Shown here piece by piece: positions 1-14,470 of a stretch of 64,000 bases of DNA (position 1 is the stretch's first letter; each line of letters opens with the position of its first letter). The notes below the pieces were generated by a model. The model worked only from the letters and a program-made list of their open reading frames with translations, ran no database searches and was not told the DNA's origin. Source of the stretch: Octopus sinensis (taxonomy: Eukaryota); assembly GCF_006345805.1 (NCBI RefSeq), contig NC_043007.1, forward strand, positions 29,884,001 through 29,948,000, written 5' to 3'. A program made the translations under genes and the position numbers.

Positions 1-1084
1 TTTGTGGATAAACAATAAATATACAATGCACACACAGCACAAAACATATTTTAATCGTTATATGAGTAATAGAAATTGAGGGGCTCGTAATTTTAACATA
101 ATAATTTATAATATACACAAAATTCTAGAAATGTCGCATCGAGAAAGCTCGCTCAGAGATGGGGCACTCAAACATTTATTGTTCACGAAAATCTTGCAGA
201 ACAGAACGAAATTTTTCAACTTCCTAGAATTGGTTCGGATGTTGATTTAGCAGCTGACAATGTCCCCTCAATTTTATTTCACAAAACACTTTAATTATCA
301 ACAAACCCTGGCTTTATGCCAATCCCACCCCCACCCCTACTCACCATTTCAAATTATGAAGCATCGATAATGATAATGATATTAGAATATGGAACCAACT
401 TCTCTTAAATTGACTTATAGCAACCAAAATTCTTCCATGTCAGATACAGTTCGACAAAATAAAATTGGTGCCTTCAGAAAGTGAAACTAGTCCTAAGAAC
501 ATTCTAAACAACGTCCAGGTACCGACTTGGCCTTGATTACGTAAATCCAGAACAGATTAAAAAGCAGCCATGAACACGTTCGTTGTCTTGTATGAATGAA
601 AAAAATATACAGAAAAACAGGGAGAGATTATCAAAAGTGGAACTAAATTGTTAGGAGACAGATTACCAGAAACTGATGCTAAATTTATAAAACAAAAAGG
701 TGGGGAGCGGATATAGCAAAACAAACAAAAAATAGCGCTAAACTGATTACAGTGCCACGTGTACGTCTCAGACAAGTTTGCTTGTTGGCGGCTTCAACAC
801 GACTGAAAACTCGTGGAGTTTATCTTGAACAGACAATGCCTACCACTTCTCCCGTAATACACTCTGGCAGAACTTTCGGAAGTTGCCCCCAGTCTTCTGA
901 AAGTCCCCCCCTCCAGAAAAGATTACTTAAGCTGTCCTAGTCGATACCCACCCATCATCACTTTTATCCTCTATTAACACTCTTTAGAATGTGAAGGTTG
1001 GTTTTCCCGTCGACTGTATGATGAAGCTGGTAGAATAACACTGATAATACTTTCTAAGCTGAGTACAAGACCTGCAGTTTATGA

Positions 1085-1250
1085 GGGGAGGGGCAATTTG
1101 ATTACATCGACTCCTGTGTTCAACTGTTGCTTATTCTATCAACCCCAAAATATGAAAACAAATTTAACTTTCGCAGAATTTGAACTCAGGGTGTAAAGAC
1201 GCCGTAAAAATACCGCCGAGCATTTTGTCCGACACGCTAACGATCCGCCA
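1085..1250 (-). mobile_element. tRNA-derived SINE fragment (octopus OK-like family), decayed
   Basis: Reverse complement matches the family copy at 12339-12575 (B-box GAGTTCAAATT followed by GTCGACTTTGCCTTTCATCC-like body). Confidence 0.6.
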
Positions 1251-1272
1251 ACTCACCACCACCGCCACCACC

Positions 1273-2085
1273 GAACTACCAGGCCAACATATTAAAGAAC
1301 GGCAGCTTCCCAATATGTCGTGTATGTCAACAACAAAATGAAACGATTGATCTTATTGACTCCATGTGCAGTTTTATTGCAACAGGCATGATAGAGCTGC
1401 ACAATATATTCACTGGGTAATTTGCAAAAGCCTGGACTTGCCCCATGAAAAAAACTGGTGGGAACACAAACCACCTCCTGTGCTCGAAAATGACCACATC
1501 TCACTCCTCTGGAACTTCACCATTCAAACTGACAGAAAGATAGATGCAAATAGGCCAGACATCATATTGAAAGACTTCAGATAAAAATCATGCCTCCTCA
1601 TTGATATGACTGTCCCAATCGATATAAACGTATCTGTCAAGACCTACCAAAAACTGACCAAGTATAAAGATCTTGAAATTGAAATTAGCAAAATATGGAA
1701 CCTGAAGACTAAAACAATACCTGTTGTCATAGGTGCCCTAGGAATGATAGCAAAAGAGGTTAATTGCTACCTAGCTCAGACATCAGGAAACCTGGAAATG
1801 GCAGAAATTCAAAAGATAGTGCTTATGGGAACTGCCCATATTCTACGCAAAATACTTTCTATGTAATCTAAAATTTTTAAACAAACACATAATTTTCTTA
1901 TGGTTTCTTAAACATTCTCTAGAACAACACTATGTACAAAACCAAATATATGGCATCCTAGGCATAACAACATCACGAACTTCTAACTTGTTGTCTCTTG
2001 TGGTCTCTGGGTGAGACTTGGAGCCAACTTGTACAAATGCAAAGCAAAAGTCAAACAACAACAACAACAACAACAACAATAATAA
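1273..2085 (+). mobile_element. 5'-truncated R4/Dong-like non-LTR retrotransposon (zinc knuckle + restriction-like endonuclease + 3' UTR)
   Basis: Translates to CRVC..QNETIDL..SMCS, RHDRAAQYIHW, LWNFTIQTDRKIDANRPDIILKD*KSCLLIDMTVP..KYKDLEIEISKIW..TIPVVIGALG, the REL endonuclease signature. Ends in (CAA)n(TAA)n. Near-identical copy at 34786-35886. Confidence 0.9.
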
Positions 2086-2189
2086 AACCAAGAATAGGAA
2101 AACCATGAATCACCAGTGGCCCCGGAATGGAGATACAAAGAGAGAAACAAGAGCTTTGTAGGTAATTGCCCGAAACTCAAGTCCTTAAC

Positions 2190-2620
2190 ACTGATTCATG
2201 AATAAATGAGTGGAAAATGTTGAGCATTTTGTAAAATGTGGATTGAGAAGGAAAGAACAAACATTCCATCATGATTTGGTTTGTCACAATGCAACTGGTT
2301 GCAACACTTCAAACAAAGGACAGCACAACTTGTATCAGAGAAGTCTCTAAATGAACTAAAGATTCTTTGATATTCAGGCAGAACAATTTAGCAGAGCAGC
2401 ACCTTAGATCAGGTATCGTTATACACAACATGGTATTAAGGGACCACCTCATAAAAGGAGTTGCAATTCCTGCTCGCAAAAACATTGCAAAGAAGTAGAA
2501 AAGATCTCAAAAAACAAAAACAAAAAAACATGTAGAAACATCAAGAATGTGGAGCTGTCCAGCGGCAAAAGCCACGCCAGTTACGACTTGATTCAGTTCG
2601 GGTAAAATTATGATACCAAC
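2190..2620 (+). mobile_element. Highly decayed REL-endonuclease LINE fragment (second R4-like family)
   Basis: Broken frames give RSGIVIHNMVLRDHLIKGVAIPARKNIAKK*..RMWSCP, resembling RPDIVI..LIDVAIP..NI..KE..RMW. Confidence 0.45.
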
Positions 2621-3924
2621 TGGACATGAGAAAGTTCCAAAAATCTGTCAAAGGCCGTTTGTTGTGGCTCGACACTGAATGAATAACCGTTGCGTTGGAT
2701 GAAGCATGAAGCAGGTCATATCTTCAGGTTATGACAGACGCTTATCATCCGAGTGTGCTCTGAAGTCTGACCCTATATCCACTTGCATTTCAGCCCTTAT
2801 TGTCTCCTTCCAGGACGCCCGTTATTCCCATTAGAAAACACGTTGGTACTTCATGTTATCCAAAAGTGAAACCCTCCACATGATCAATTCACTCTCCTTT
2901 CTTTTCATGTTTCAATTTTCCCTTTGTTTTCTTCTACAAGTTTCACTCTCCAATTTCAATTACGTTCCAATTCGACGAAGATAGCATGATAGGCGCGAGG
3001 GCCCCACTGCTTCCTGCTTCCTGATCTTCTGCTCCTCGACGAGGTGGGATTTGCAACTGGTGGTGCTCTGGAAACAATAGTTTTTGGCACCTGTTGTTAT
3101 TGTTGTTGTTGTGACTGTCGTTGTTGCCGCTTTTGCTCTTGCCCCCCCCCCCATTCTCTCTCTCTCCCTATTTTCTCAATTGCGCTTCACAAAAAGCCCT
3201 CGAGTGGATCTTAATGTCACCGATATAGCAGATGGGATTTCTGTTTTATACAAACAGTCAAATGTTTGTATACACTTTTTCTGTCCCCAGAATATCTTAA
3301 TGACCCTCAACCGACCATATACTGTTTCCTTCTTATCCTTGCACAAACAACTTGCCCGTACTGTGCCGCAAAGGTAGTAACAAACGAAGAGCCAACGTCC
3401 CTGACAAAGACCCTTGTATTGTGCGGCTCTAAATAGTGCGGCGGCACCAGCTTGTGGTCTCAGGTATGTGACGCAGTAAGTCAGCCTCTCACCTTGCCTT
3501 GTCATCGGTGTTTCGCTTACTAAAATACTTATCGCCCACACATCCATCAACGCCTCATTCAACATTTTTCTTTATTTTGAGGTTATTTAAACCCCACATC
3601 ATTTTTGTTAAAGCAGTCATGTTGCCTTTCCATCTTGCCCTTTCCTGTATACATATATACCTCGGCTGAGAAGGCCCTGCCCTCGAAGCAGACCTCTTCC
3701 ATGTCTTTTGTTTATCGTGGAGCCAAATTGTGTCAATAGATTCATTGTGGTTCATCAAACAACCAAAAACTGTTATTCTTCTTACAAAGAAATTAATTTA
3801 ATTTGATTTATTTTAATTTTTGTTTGTCAAAGTTAACAATGTGAGTTTGTTCAACGTAACTGTCTTTTGTTTGTCTTTTTTACTCTAAGAAATTCCATGT
3901 GAAGGTATAAATGCTGCTATCTTT

Positions 3925-3975
<51 letters not shown>

Positions 3976-4240
3976 CTGCTTTTAGCAACGCCTCGATGGA
4001 TGTCTTGTTTCTAAATATTTTAGGTCTTTTTTCCCTTATTAAATAGGGGAAGAACACTAGAAGAGGTTCCTCATCTTCAAATAACGGGTCCACACAAACG
4101 ACACAAAAATAACTGCAGCCAGTTTAATTTCGATATACTTACACACGGATGCACGCACACACGCACACACGCACACACACACGTATGTATGTATGTATGT
4201 ATGTATGTATGTATGTATGTATGTATGTATGTATGTATGT

Positions 4241-5612
4241 CATTGTTTAGTTATATTTCGTGATTTCTTGCCAATAGAGAAAGAACCGGTTTCTAACCTT
4301 GATCCAAGGCTTCTTCATTGGAATTTCAACATCAACAACAGAGTATGTTTACCTGTATGTGTGCATACGTGCAGTATTTGGAGTCAGTACAGGTGCAGAT
4401 TTGTATGCTTTATGCATATAGTTGCACATCTAGACATGTGCATACATACTTCAATGATAAACTTCTGGAAAGTTTTACAGATTTTGACAGTTCCATTGAT
4501 GGAATGGATCTGTCGTCTTCGAACGAGCTTTCTACTTTCTCACTTTGAGAAGCCCAATTTCTCAAGATTGTTACTTGTTATCCCGGTGCGCCAATAATTA
4601 CAGGTACAGACCTGAACTTGTAATCTGGTTGAGTAACTGCATGTATATATTATGTATGTATATAGTATGTATGTATGTATATATGTATGTTGTATGTATG
4701 TATGTATGTATGTATGTATGTATGTCATTGTTTAGTTATATTTCGTGATTTCTTGCCAATAGAGAAAGAACCGGTTTCTAACCTTGATCCAAGGCTTCTT
4801 CATTGGAATTTCAACATCAACAACAGAGTATGTTTACCTGTATGTGTGCATACGTGCAGTATTTGGAGTCAGTACAGGTGCAGATTTGTATGCTTTATGC
4901 ATATAGTTGCACATCTAGACATGTGCATACATACTTCAATGATAAACTTCTGGAAAGTTTTACAGATTTTGACAGTTCCATTGATGGAATGGATCTGTCG
5001 TCTTCGAACGAGCTTTCTACTTTCTCACTTTGAGAAGCCCAATTTCTCAAGATTGTTACTTGTTATCCCGGTGCGCCAATAATTACAGGTACAGACCTGA
5101 ACTTGTAATCTGGTTGAGTAACTGCATGTATATATTATGTATGTATATAGTATGTATGTATGTATATATGTATGTTGTATGTATGTATGTATGTATGTAT
5201 GTATGTATGTCATTGTTTAGTTATATTTCGTGATTTCTTGCCAATAGAGAAAGAACCGGTTTCTAACCTTGATCCAAGGCTTCTTCATTGGAATTTCAAC
5301 ATCAACAACAGAGTATGTTTACCTGTATGTGTGCATACGTGCAGTATTTGGAGTCAGTACAGGTGCAGATTTGTATGCTTTATGCATATAGTTGCACATC
5401 TAGACATGTGCATACATACTTCAATGATAAACTTCTGGAAAGTTTTACAGATTTTGACAGTTCCATTGATGGAATGGATCTGTCGTCTTCGAACGAGCTT
5501 TCTACTTTCTCACTTTGAGAAGCCCAATTTCTCAAGATTGTTACTTGTTATCCCGGTGCGCCAATAATTACAGGTACAGACCTGAACTTGTAATCTGGGT
5601 TGAGTAACTGCA
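4241..5612. repeat. Direct tandem triplication of a 485-bp unit (starts 4241, 4726, 5211), each unit ending in a degenerate (TATG)n tract
   Basis: Identical ORFs recur at an exact 485-bp spacing. Units 1 and 2 are identical including the spacer. Part of the unit recurs at about 27610-27715. Confidence 0.95.
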
Positions 5613-5771
5613 TGTATATATTATGTATGTATATATGTATGTATGTATGTATATATGTATGTATGTATGTATATATGTATGTATATATGTATGTATGTAT
5701 GCATGTATATGTATGTATGTATGTTTGTATGTATGTATGTATGTATGCATGTATGTGTGTATGTATATTAA

Positions 5772-6000
5772 AATACACGAGGTCGCAAAAGGCTCCTTTA
5801 CGGAACTGTAAATATAACATTAATCTGACATTTCTGACATCGGCAAAGCAAAGCCACACTTTGGGCGGGAATGGGTGGGGTGGGGTTTATCAGCTCAAAC
5901 ACTTGACTGAAGCTATATTCTGTTGCTTGCAGGAAGAATGGAAGCAAAAGAGGTCCCGTTGCGATTTGAACCGAGAACGTACGAGGGCTGAAAGCTAATG
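5772..6000 (+). mobile_element. Possible mariner-like DNA transposon end remnant
   Basis: TACACGAGGTCGCAAAA and TACGAGGGCTG resemble mariner TIR starts; no transposase recovered. Confidence 0.3.
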
Positions 6001-6269
6001 TTGCAAGTCGTTTTGCTCGAATGTCTAACAATTCTATCAAATAATAATTACCATCCTAAGAAAAGGTAAATTAGCCCGGGGGGATTCGAACCCAAAACGC
6101 CAAATTCAAAGGGCAATGATACTGAGTGTTTAGTTGAGCAACTGCTACACGGGGAAATATTTCACATCATAACTCTGATCATAAGATAGTTATGACTTGA
6201 AAAGTTGGTCAGAAGATGATGGTAACCTCTTTCACATTTTGGGCGTCTAACTTAACTGGTCCTCCGTCG

Positions 6270-6545
6270 GTTACGAAGACGAGTATTCCAGTTGATCTGA
6301 ACCGTGGAACAGCCTGTTCGTGAAATTAACGTGAAAGTGGCTGAGCACTCCACAGACACACGTATCACAGGCAGATTCAGCGAGACACAGAATATGACAA
6401 GGCTGGCCCATTGAATTACAGGTACAACTTATTTTTGCTAGTTGAGTGGACTGAAGCAATATGAAATAAAGTGTCTTGCTGAAGGACAGAATGCGCTGCC
6501 GGGAATCGAACTCACGACCTCGCGACCGTCAACCGAATACTCCCA
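6270..6545 (-). mobile_element. tRNA-headed CORE-like SINE (OR-like)
   Basis: Minus strand has B-box GAGTTCGATTCCC and CORE-like CCTTCAGCAAGACACTT; homologous to the plus-strand copy at 31328-31650. Confidence 0.75.
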
Positions 6546-7485
6546 ACTTCTGCGTTTGCTAGCAGAAATAGGTGAGCGGTTGGCAAAACAATAAAGGGCT
6601 TGAGTATTGAGTCGGGTCTCTCGAAATCCCGAGTTCAAATTGCGCCGAGGGTAGCTGTAGAATTCATCCTTGGACGAATCAAAACAAAAATATAGACCAC
6701 TTAAATATTGAGGTCCATCGAAACAACTGCTCCCTTCTCCCCAAATTTGGGGCCGTGTGTTTATATGAAACATCAATATTTAGTGAAATTTCTGGATGTT
6801 CCGAGATCAAATCCCGCCGTGGTTCGACTTTACCAGCGATCATTTCTACAGTTGATACAAGTACCAGTAATATGCTAGGTTATATTTCAACTGGCAATCA
6901 CCTGTCGCCTCATGCTACATCCCCCACCCCCCGCTCAAACAGCACAACAGAAATTCCCAGCCGTGGACCATAATTAGAAATATTTCTCAAAGAGAAGAAA
7001 TGATATCATAAAATAATGGCTCCATAGATTGCAACAGGTGAGATGGTGACCATACATATTAACACTGTGTGCGTGCATGTGTGTGTACATGTGTGAGTGA
7101 GCGTGTGAAGATGTATGTGTGTGTATGTGTGTGTATGAGTGTGTGTGTGTGTGTGTATACCTGCATATATATATGTGTGTGTGTGTATATATGTATGCAT
7201 GTATGTATGTTAGTATGTGTCGCACACACTTCATGTGTGTGACACATGAAGTCACACACACATGCACACAACTTAAACCTCCAAATTTCACATATACGCG
7301 TGCATCGCTCACTCACTCACTTTCTCTCTCTCTCCCCCTCTCTCTCTACATATAAATATATAATATATTAAATTATGTTATATATAATCTTATATAATAT
7401 ATATATGCTAAATTATATACATATACATACACACACACACACACACCACACATATATATATATATATATATACATACATGCATAT

Positions 7486-7516
<31 letters not shown>

Positions 7517-8041
7517 CGTATATATATATATATATGCATACACACACTTACCCAGCAACAAGCTAGGTATAACAATTATAGCCATACTACTTCCGGATTC
7601 TATTTTCATGCAGGAGATATTAAAAAAACCCCAGTAAAATGGGAAAAAAAAATGTATTATATACATTTATTTTTAATATGTACACACATGTATACATGCA
7701 TGCACACATATGATATACATGCCTTACACACACATACAAACACTCACGCACTCACATATACAATCTAGGTGTGTTTATATGCATCGATGTGCGCAAATAG
7801 TGTTGCTCCAGCATGGCCACAGTCAAGATGCTGGAAACAATAACAGTGTATGTCGGTGAGTTAACATTCAATACAAAATGATGATTGTCTAAACAGCAGC
7901 ACAAAAAGCAGATTGTTTCGTTAAAGAAATTTATCAGAGTGAAAAAAAAAAAAAAACCAACGTAAATTCCTACCTGAATATTCCGTTGTAGAAGATAATA
8001 AAAGGCGGTTGTATAATGTCGTCAAATCGGAATTGAAAATC

Positions 8042-8377
<336 letters not shown>

Positions 8378-9538
8378 TTATTCGGTTTTCTTTTTCTTTT
8401 TCTTCCTTTCTTCCCAGATTTCCTTCTCTCTTATATCTCTTTCACCTGTCGACACCCTCTTTCTATTCCTCTATCCTGCTCTATACAAAGATTCTCAGAT
8501 ATATCTGTGTGTAGCTCTTAATTCTCTCTCTCCCTCAACCTTGTCCTCCTTATCTCTCTCTCTCTCTCTCTATTTCTCTTACAACATAGATCTCTCTCCG
8601 TTCCTCCTCTCTCTCCGTCCCTCTTATTCCCCCCTCTCTCTCTCTCTCCCCTCTGTTTCTCCCCCTCTCTCTACTTCTGTTCTCCCCCTTCTCCTATGCA
8701 ATCCATTTATCTTTGTTTTTTATTCATTTCCAATTTTCTTTTCTAATTTCTCTTGTATGAAAGTAGAAACCGGAAGTAGTATGGTCGTTGCTGCTGTGGC
8801 TGTGTTTGTGATGCTACAAGTGTGAGGCAGTGTAGTATCGGTGCCAGTACGCTGAGATGGTAGTGTTGCTGCAAATATGTTGCAGTGTTGGTACTAGTAT
8901 GTCGATATTGTGGTGTTGGCGTTAGTATGTTAATGTGGTAGTGTTGGTGTTTGCATCTCACGCATTGGTGCTGGTATGTTGCAGTATCGGTGCTAGTTCT
9001 GCGATCGTTTATCTCGACACAGATGCTGCTGAGGTTGTTGTTGTTGCTGTTGCAGTATTTATTTTTATTCCTGTTGTTGTTGTGAAGCAAGCTGGAAGAT
9101 AAGAGACTACGGTCTCCCGAGAGATGCTCCAGCTTACAGATAATGGACAATGAAGATGGCGGGACAGCATCAACATCAAAGAAGTGTGTGTGTGTGTGTG
9201 TTGTGTGCATTTATGTGTAAATATACGTATGAATACGTTATCTCTATGTATGTGTGCAGATAAATATATTTGTATGCATACATGTGTGTGTGTGTGTATG
9301 TGTTTATATGCTCATACATATATAGATGTATTTATGTATGTGTATGTGCGTTGGTTGTACGTCACTGACTCGATTAAAATGGCAGCTTCTATATAAACAC
9401 AGAAGCGAATGTATATGCACACATGACGACCTACACCCCCCACGCATACCCGCACACACATATACATACACACATATATATACATATATATACACACATA
9501 TGCATATATACATATTTCCCACGTATAGAGAAATATCC

Positions 9539-9616
<78 letters not shown>

Positions 9617-9801
9617 ATATATATATCTATATCTATATGTGAGTAGAATCATACACACACAAAGATACACAGACACATACATTATATAGGTACTACTATG
9701 TATAATATAGTATACGTACATATGAATACAAATATACCTATACATACATATATATTCATATACATGTACTTGCACATACACACACACATCTATATATACG
9801 C

Positions 9802-9872
<71 letters not shown>

Positions 9873-9894
9873 TATATTATATATATATGTATAT

Positions 9895-9930
<36 letters not shown>

Positions 9931-10263
9931 ATATATATGTGTGTGTGTATGTATATTCAGTTATCTGTTGATATCCCTCCACAATATATTACCGACGTAT
10001 AACTAACATCTTGTAGCATTCATCATCATCTTTCTCTGCTTTTCTCTCTCTCTCTCTCTCTCTCACTCTGTGTAGCTGTCTGTTTCTATCCTTCTCCTTC
10101 TCTCTCTCTCTCTCTCGCTCTCTCTCTCAGTAAACTCCCTGTAAACTGAGATGTTCCCTGTTGAAACACACTCATACTTTATCCCAGATTCTGTGTGTGT
10201 GTGTGATTTAGTGATCCATCTATTTGTTTGCACTTACATGCGCGCCTGCGTGTATGTATGTAC

Positions 10264-10301
<38 letters not shown>

Positions 10302-10390
10302 ATTACAAGTCTGTGTGTGTATGTATGAATGTGTGCATATGTATTACATCTGTTTTATATATATATACATACACACATATATACTCAATT

Positions 10391-10431
<41 letters not shown>

Positions 10432-11957
10432 ATCACACGCGCACGCGCGCACACACGTACTGACGCACGTGTCTGCATGCAATCCGGAGATATAAGGTGC
10501 TCTGCTGCTGCTGCTGCTACTGCTGCTGCTACAGCAACTACCACAATAAGCACCACCACCGCCACCACCACCACCACCACCTCCACCACCACCACCACCA
10601 CCACCTCCACCACCACCACCACGGCCATTGCCACAATGGGGCAGATAGAGATGGAAATGGAGTGAAAGTGTGAGAGAGGCAGGAGGCGGGGGTGGGGGGA
10701 GGGAGGGATGAAGGAAATGGAGAAGAACTGTGAAGGCGGAAGCGAGAGGAAGAAAAGAGAGAAGCAGAAGAGGAGTGTTGATGAGAGAGGAAGAGGAGGA
10801 GGTGGGAAATGGAAGGGAATACGATGCGTGTGTGGGGGGAGGAGAAATGAGAGAGAGAGAGAGAGAGAGAGCGAAGGAGTAAGAGAGTGTGGAAATCAAT
10901 AGGAAAGGGATGGTGATGCAAGTGGCGGAGGAGGAGGAGGATGCTGTCTAATTAGTTGAGTAAGGCTTGGAGAATGGTGTGGAGAGGAAGATAGGGGAGT
11001 GGGAGTGAAGGGAGTCACGGGGAGGGGAAGGTGGAGTAAGAGAATGAGAGGAATAGAGAGGGGGGACAGGTATGAAGAGAGCGATAAATTGTGTGGCGGT
11101 GGGGGGGGGGAGAAGGGGAAGAGGAAGAGGAGAAAGAGAGAGAATGAGAGAGGGAAGAAAAGAGAGACTGGTGGATACAGTTCCAAGGTAGACGTAGACA
11201 GATAAACAGGGGAAATAGTTGAGTCGCGAGCGAGTCGGACAAAAGGCTTTGATTCTCTGTTGTCTGAGTTCAAACCTCAACGAAGGTGGTTCTGCCTTTC
11301 AACCTTTCAGGGGTCAAAGGCAAAAGGCGATGTAATCCAGAGAAAGGCAACAACTCGATCCGGATGCCTTGTGGTATTTGTTCTGGCTCTTTTCGTTTTG
11401 AGTTGAAATCCCTCCATGGCCTAATTCAGTGAGTTTAGTTGCATTACTTGGTACCTTGCTTAGGTACCTTCAGCCGATTCCACTCTGTTGGAAACATTAG
11501 GATCAGTTTTCTGGTTTGAGGTTATCCCCACCCCTTCTCTCTCACCAACCTTGCAGGCCCTAAACGGGTCATCTTGACAAGAGGATAAAAAAGGTGAGGA
11601 AAGAGAAGTATGCAAATTGAGAGGAGAGGGAGTTCAATCCAAGGGGTTCAATCGAAGCAAGAAACGCGGCCTTCATCGTTCGGGAAAGATCTTACGCTTA
11701 CAAACTTGTGCTGTGTGGGGATCGGCGTGTCAAAGAATGGACCCAACATTCGGTGTTGTGAAAGGCGACTAAAAGAGGTCGAGGTAGGATTTGCACTCCG
11801 ACCTCGTAAAACCCTCACCAGCAACGACTACTTGGAAGACACCCGTGGGTTGGAGGGTTGTCACCTGAGTGGGGAAACGGCGTCATCCGTCAGGATTAGG
11901 GAGTCACCAACGAATGCTGGATGCAATGACATGTTGCTACAGCGTATGCCACCCCCA

Positions 11958-11990
<33 letters not shown>

Positions 11991-12027
11991 CATTACTACT
12001 ACTACTACTACTACACTACTACTACTA

Positions 12028-12070
<43 letters not shown>

Positions 12071-12338
12071 GAAACTGGTCGGCTTTTACCGAACATCACA
12101 ACTCTTCCAAGGCAATAAAGCCCTCTCACCACCCCCACAACTACTGGCGATCTTTTTAGTCCAGAAAGAACTTTACCAAATAAATGCACCATTTCTTATA
12201 ATATCGGTTAATCTTCTATGCAGGACCTCTCAAACCCTCCGTATCTCAATCTTCCATTAACCCCTGCAATCAGCATTATTAGAGCTTCACAGGAAACGCT
12301 TTAAAGGTTTACAAATAATCTTAATATGAATCAGCTTG

Positions 12339-12575
12339 GAAGGCTGTGAGCTGGCAGAAACGTTAGCATGCCGGAGAAAATGCTTAGCGGGATTTCGTCT
12401 GCCGCTACGTTCTGAGTTCAAATTCTGCCGAGGTAGACTTTGCCTTTCATCCTTTCGGGGTCGATAAACAAAGTACCAGTTACGCACTGGGGTCGATATA
12501 ATCAACTTAATCCGTGTGTCTGTCCTTGTTTGTCCCCTCTGTGTTTAGCCCCTTGTGGGTAGTAAAGAAATAGAT
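12339..12575 (+). mobile_element. tRNA-derived SINE (octopus OK-like family), near full length
   Basis: A-box-like TGGCAGAAACGTTAG and B-box GAGTTCAAATTC. Body GTAGACTTTGCCTTTCATCCTTTCGGGGTCGATAAA recurs at about 32780, 34520, 44930, 49570 and 53790. Confidence 0.8.
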
Positions 12576-13470
12576 ATAATCGACTTACTTCCTCCTTGGG
12601 CCAAAACTTGAAACCAGCATCAGTTGCTCGTTTCTACGTATTTTCGTACGTGTGTTCGAGCGTTACGCCTTTAATTATGGAACGTCACGGGAGACATAAT
12701 CGAAATTTTTAGCACAACGAAACACTATGATGAAGATTTGTGAATTTAAGTAAGAAAATAAAACGTGCGAGTCATTAAGTGTGACTGAAACGATCGGTTG
12801 CCGGATAAATAGCCTGTCGGTTGTAGTTAGGTCCCTTCATATGAGGAACCAGATATCATTCAGGTAAAATCTACTTTCTTGTTTCCATGATCCATGACCT
12901 GGTGCAGAAATCAGGATGAGATTCCTTTTCTAATCCCCTCTTCTAAACTGTCCACTTCCTCTCCACCAACCCCTAATCCATTGAGTTATATCTTTGCGTC
13001 CTTATTAAACCTTATCGATTCTATCTTAATCCTTTTACTATGAAAAAAAATTCCACCCCCGTTGCTATCAATCTCCCCCGTCATCGCACGTCTGATTAAT
13101 TCCTTAATCCGTTCTCTCTAAACTTTCCGTGCCAGGAAAATCGCTCAGTTTTCTCCACCCGGATACATGTTCCTGTGTCTAAGTGGATCGAGCAGATTAC
13201 AAACTTGAGCTAAGTGAAACAAGGCGAGAGTGGAGATGGAAGTGCTGCCCTCTAGTAGATTTGGTGATCCTTTTTGTTGTTGTTGTTGTTTACGATCAAA
13301 CATACTCCAATTGTGACCTTCCCTTATAGTCTTCCTTGGAACCAAGAATCATTTTATCCAGTCTTTTTACTAAGATGGCAATATGTGATTTGAGGGAGAT
13401 TTGGCTACTTTTTTTGTAGGTTAGTTCGTTTACTAAAGGGTGAGCAGGAAGTACCTAGAATGGTCTAGAT

Positions 13471-13560
13471 CAGTGTTACTCAAAGTGGTGGCCGCGGACC
13501 GTTGCCGGTCCATGAGCCAGCAGCTGCCGGTACACGGTGAGTTTCCAGAAAAGAAAGAAA
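13471..13560 (+). mobile_element. hAT/Charlie-like DNA transposon terminal remnant
   Basis: CAGTGTTACTCAAAGTGGTGGCCGCGGACC resembles CAGTGGTTCTCAAAGTG-type hAT termini. Confidence 0.4.
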
Positions 13561-13878
13561 TATTATAAAATGCTTATATAATATTGTATTATTTGTTTAC
13601 AAAATAAAAATAGGATAAAAAAAATATTGTCAACTTTTGTTATATTCATTATATATATTGTTTTCGGTATAAATTAGTATTACTAATGAGTGGCATAATT
13701 GATGAACTAGAAGGCAAAATCCTTTTACGGTTCCAACATCCTTTCCCATTTCTGCGTTCAAATTACGCCATGATGTGCTCTTACATATTCCAGTACAGCG
13801 TGCATTTGAGATTCGTAAATGGATTTGGTTGTCTTCCTAACAATATTTCTCTCACTTTGTGTTTTGCCTTGTTTTTTT

Positions 13879-13914
13879 TCTTCTGATAACAGCTTTACGC
13901 TCGAAACGTTAAGA
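13879..13914 (+). ncRNA. Degenerate minimal type I hammerhead-like motif
   Basis: TCTT-CTGATAA-CAGCTTTACGCTC-GAAAC-GTT-AAGA: 4-bp stem I, but a G8->A core mutation and a mismatched stem II base. Confidence 0.35.
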
Positions 13915-13989
13915 CATTTCCTTTCTGCGTGAAATTGCTAACAAAAATTTTCATTGTATTTCAGCTTGTCTTTCTATATTTCCATAAGT

Positions 13990-14470
<481 letters not shown>

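Noticed and set aside
4241-5612. Regularly spaced repeat that might suggest a CRISPR-like array
   Set aside because: Units are 485 bp with identical, not unique, spacers, and the context is eukaryotic.
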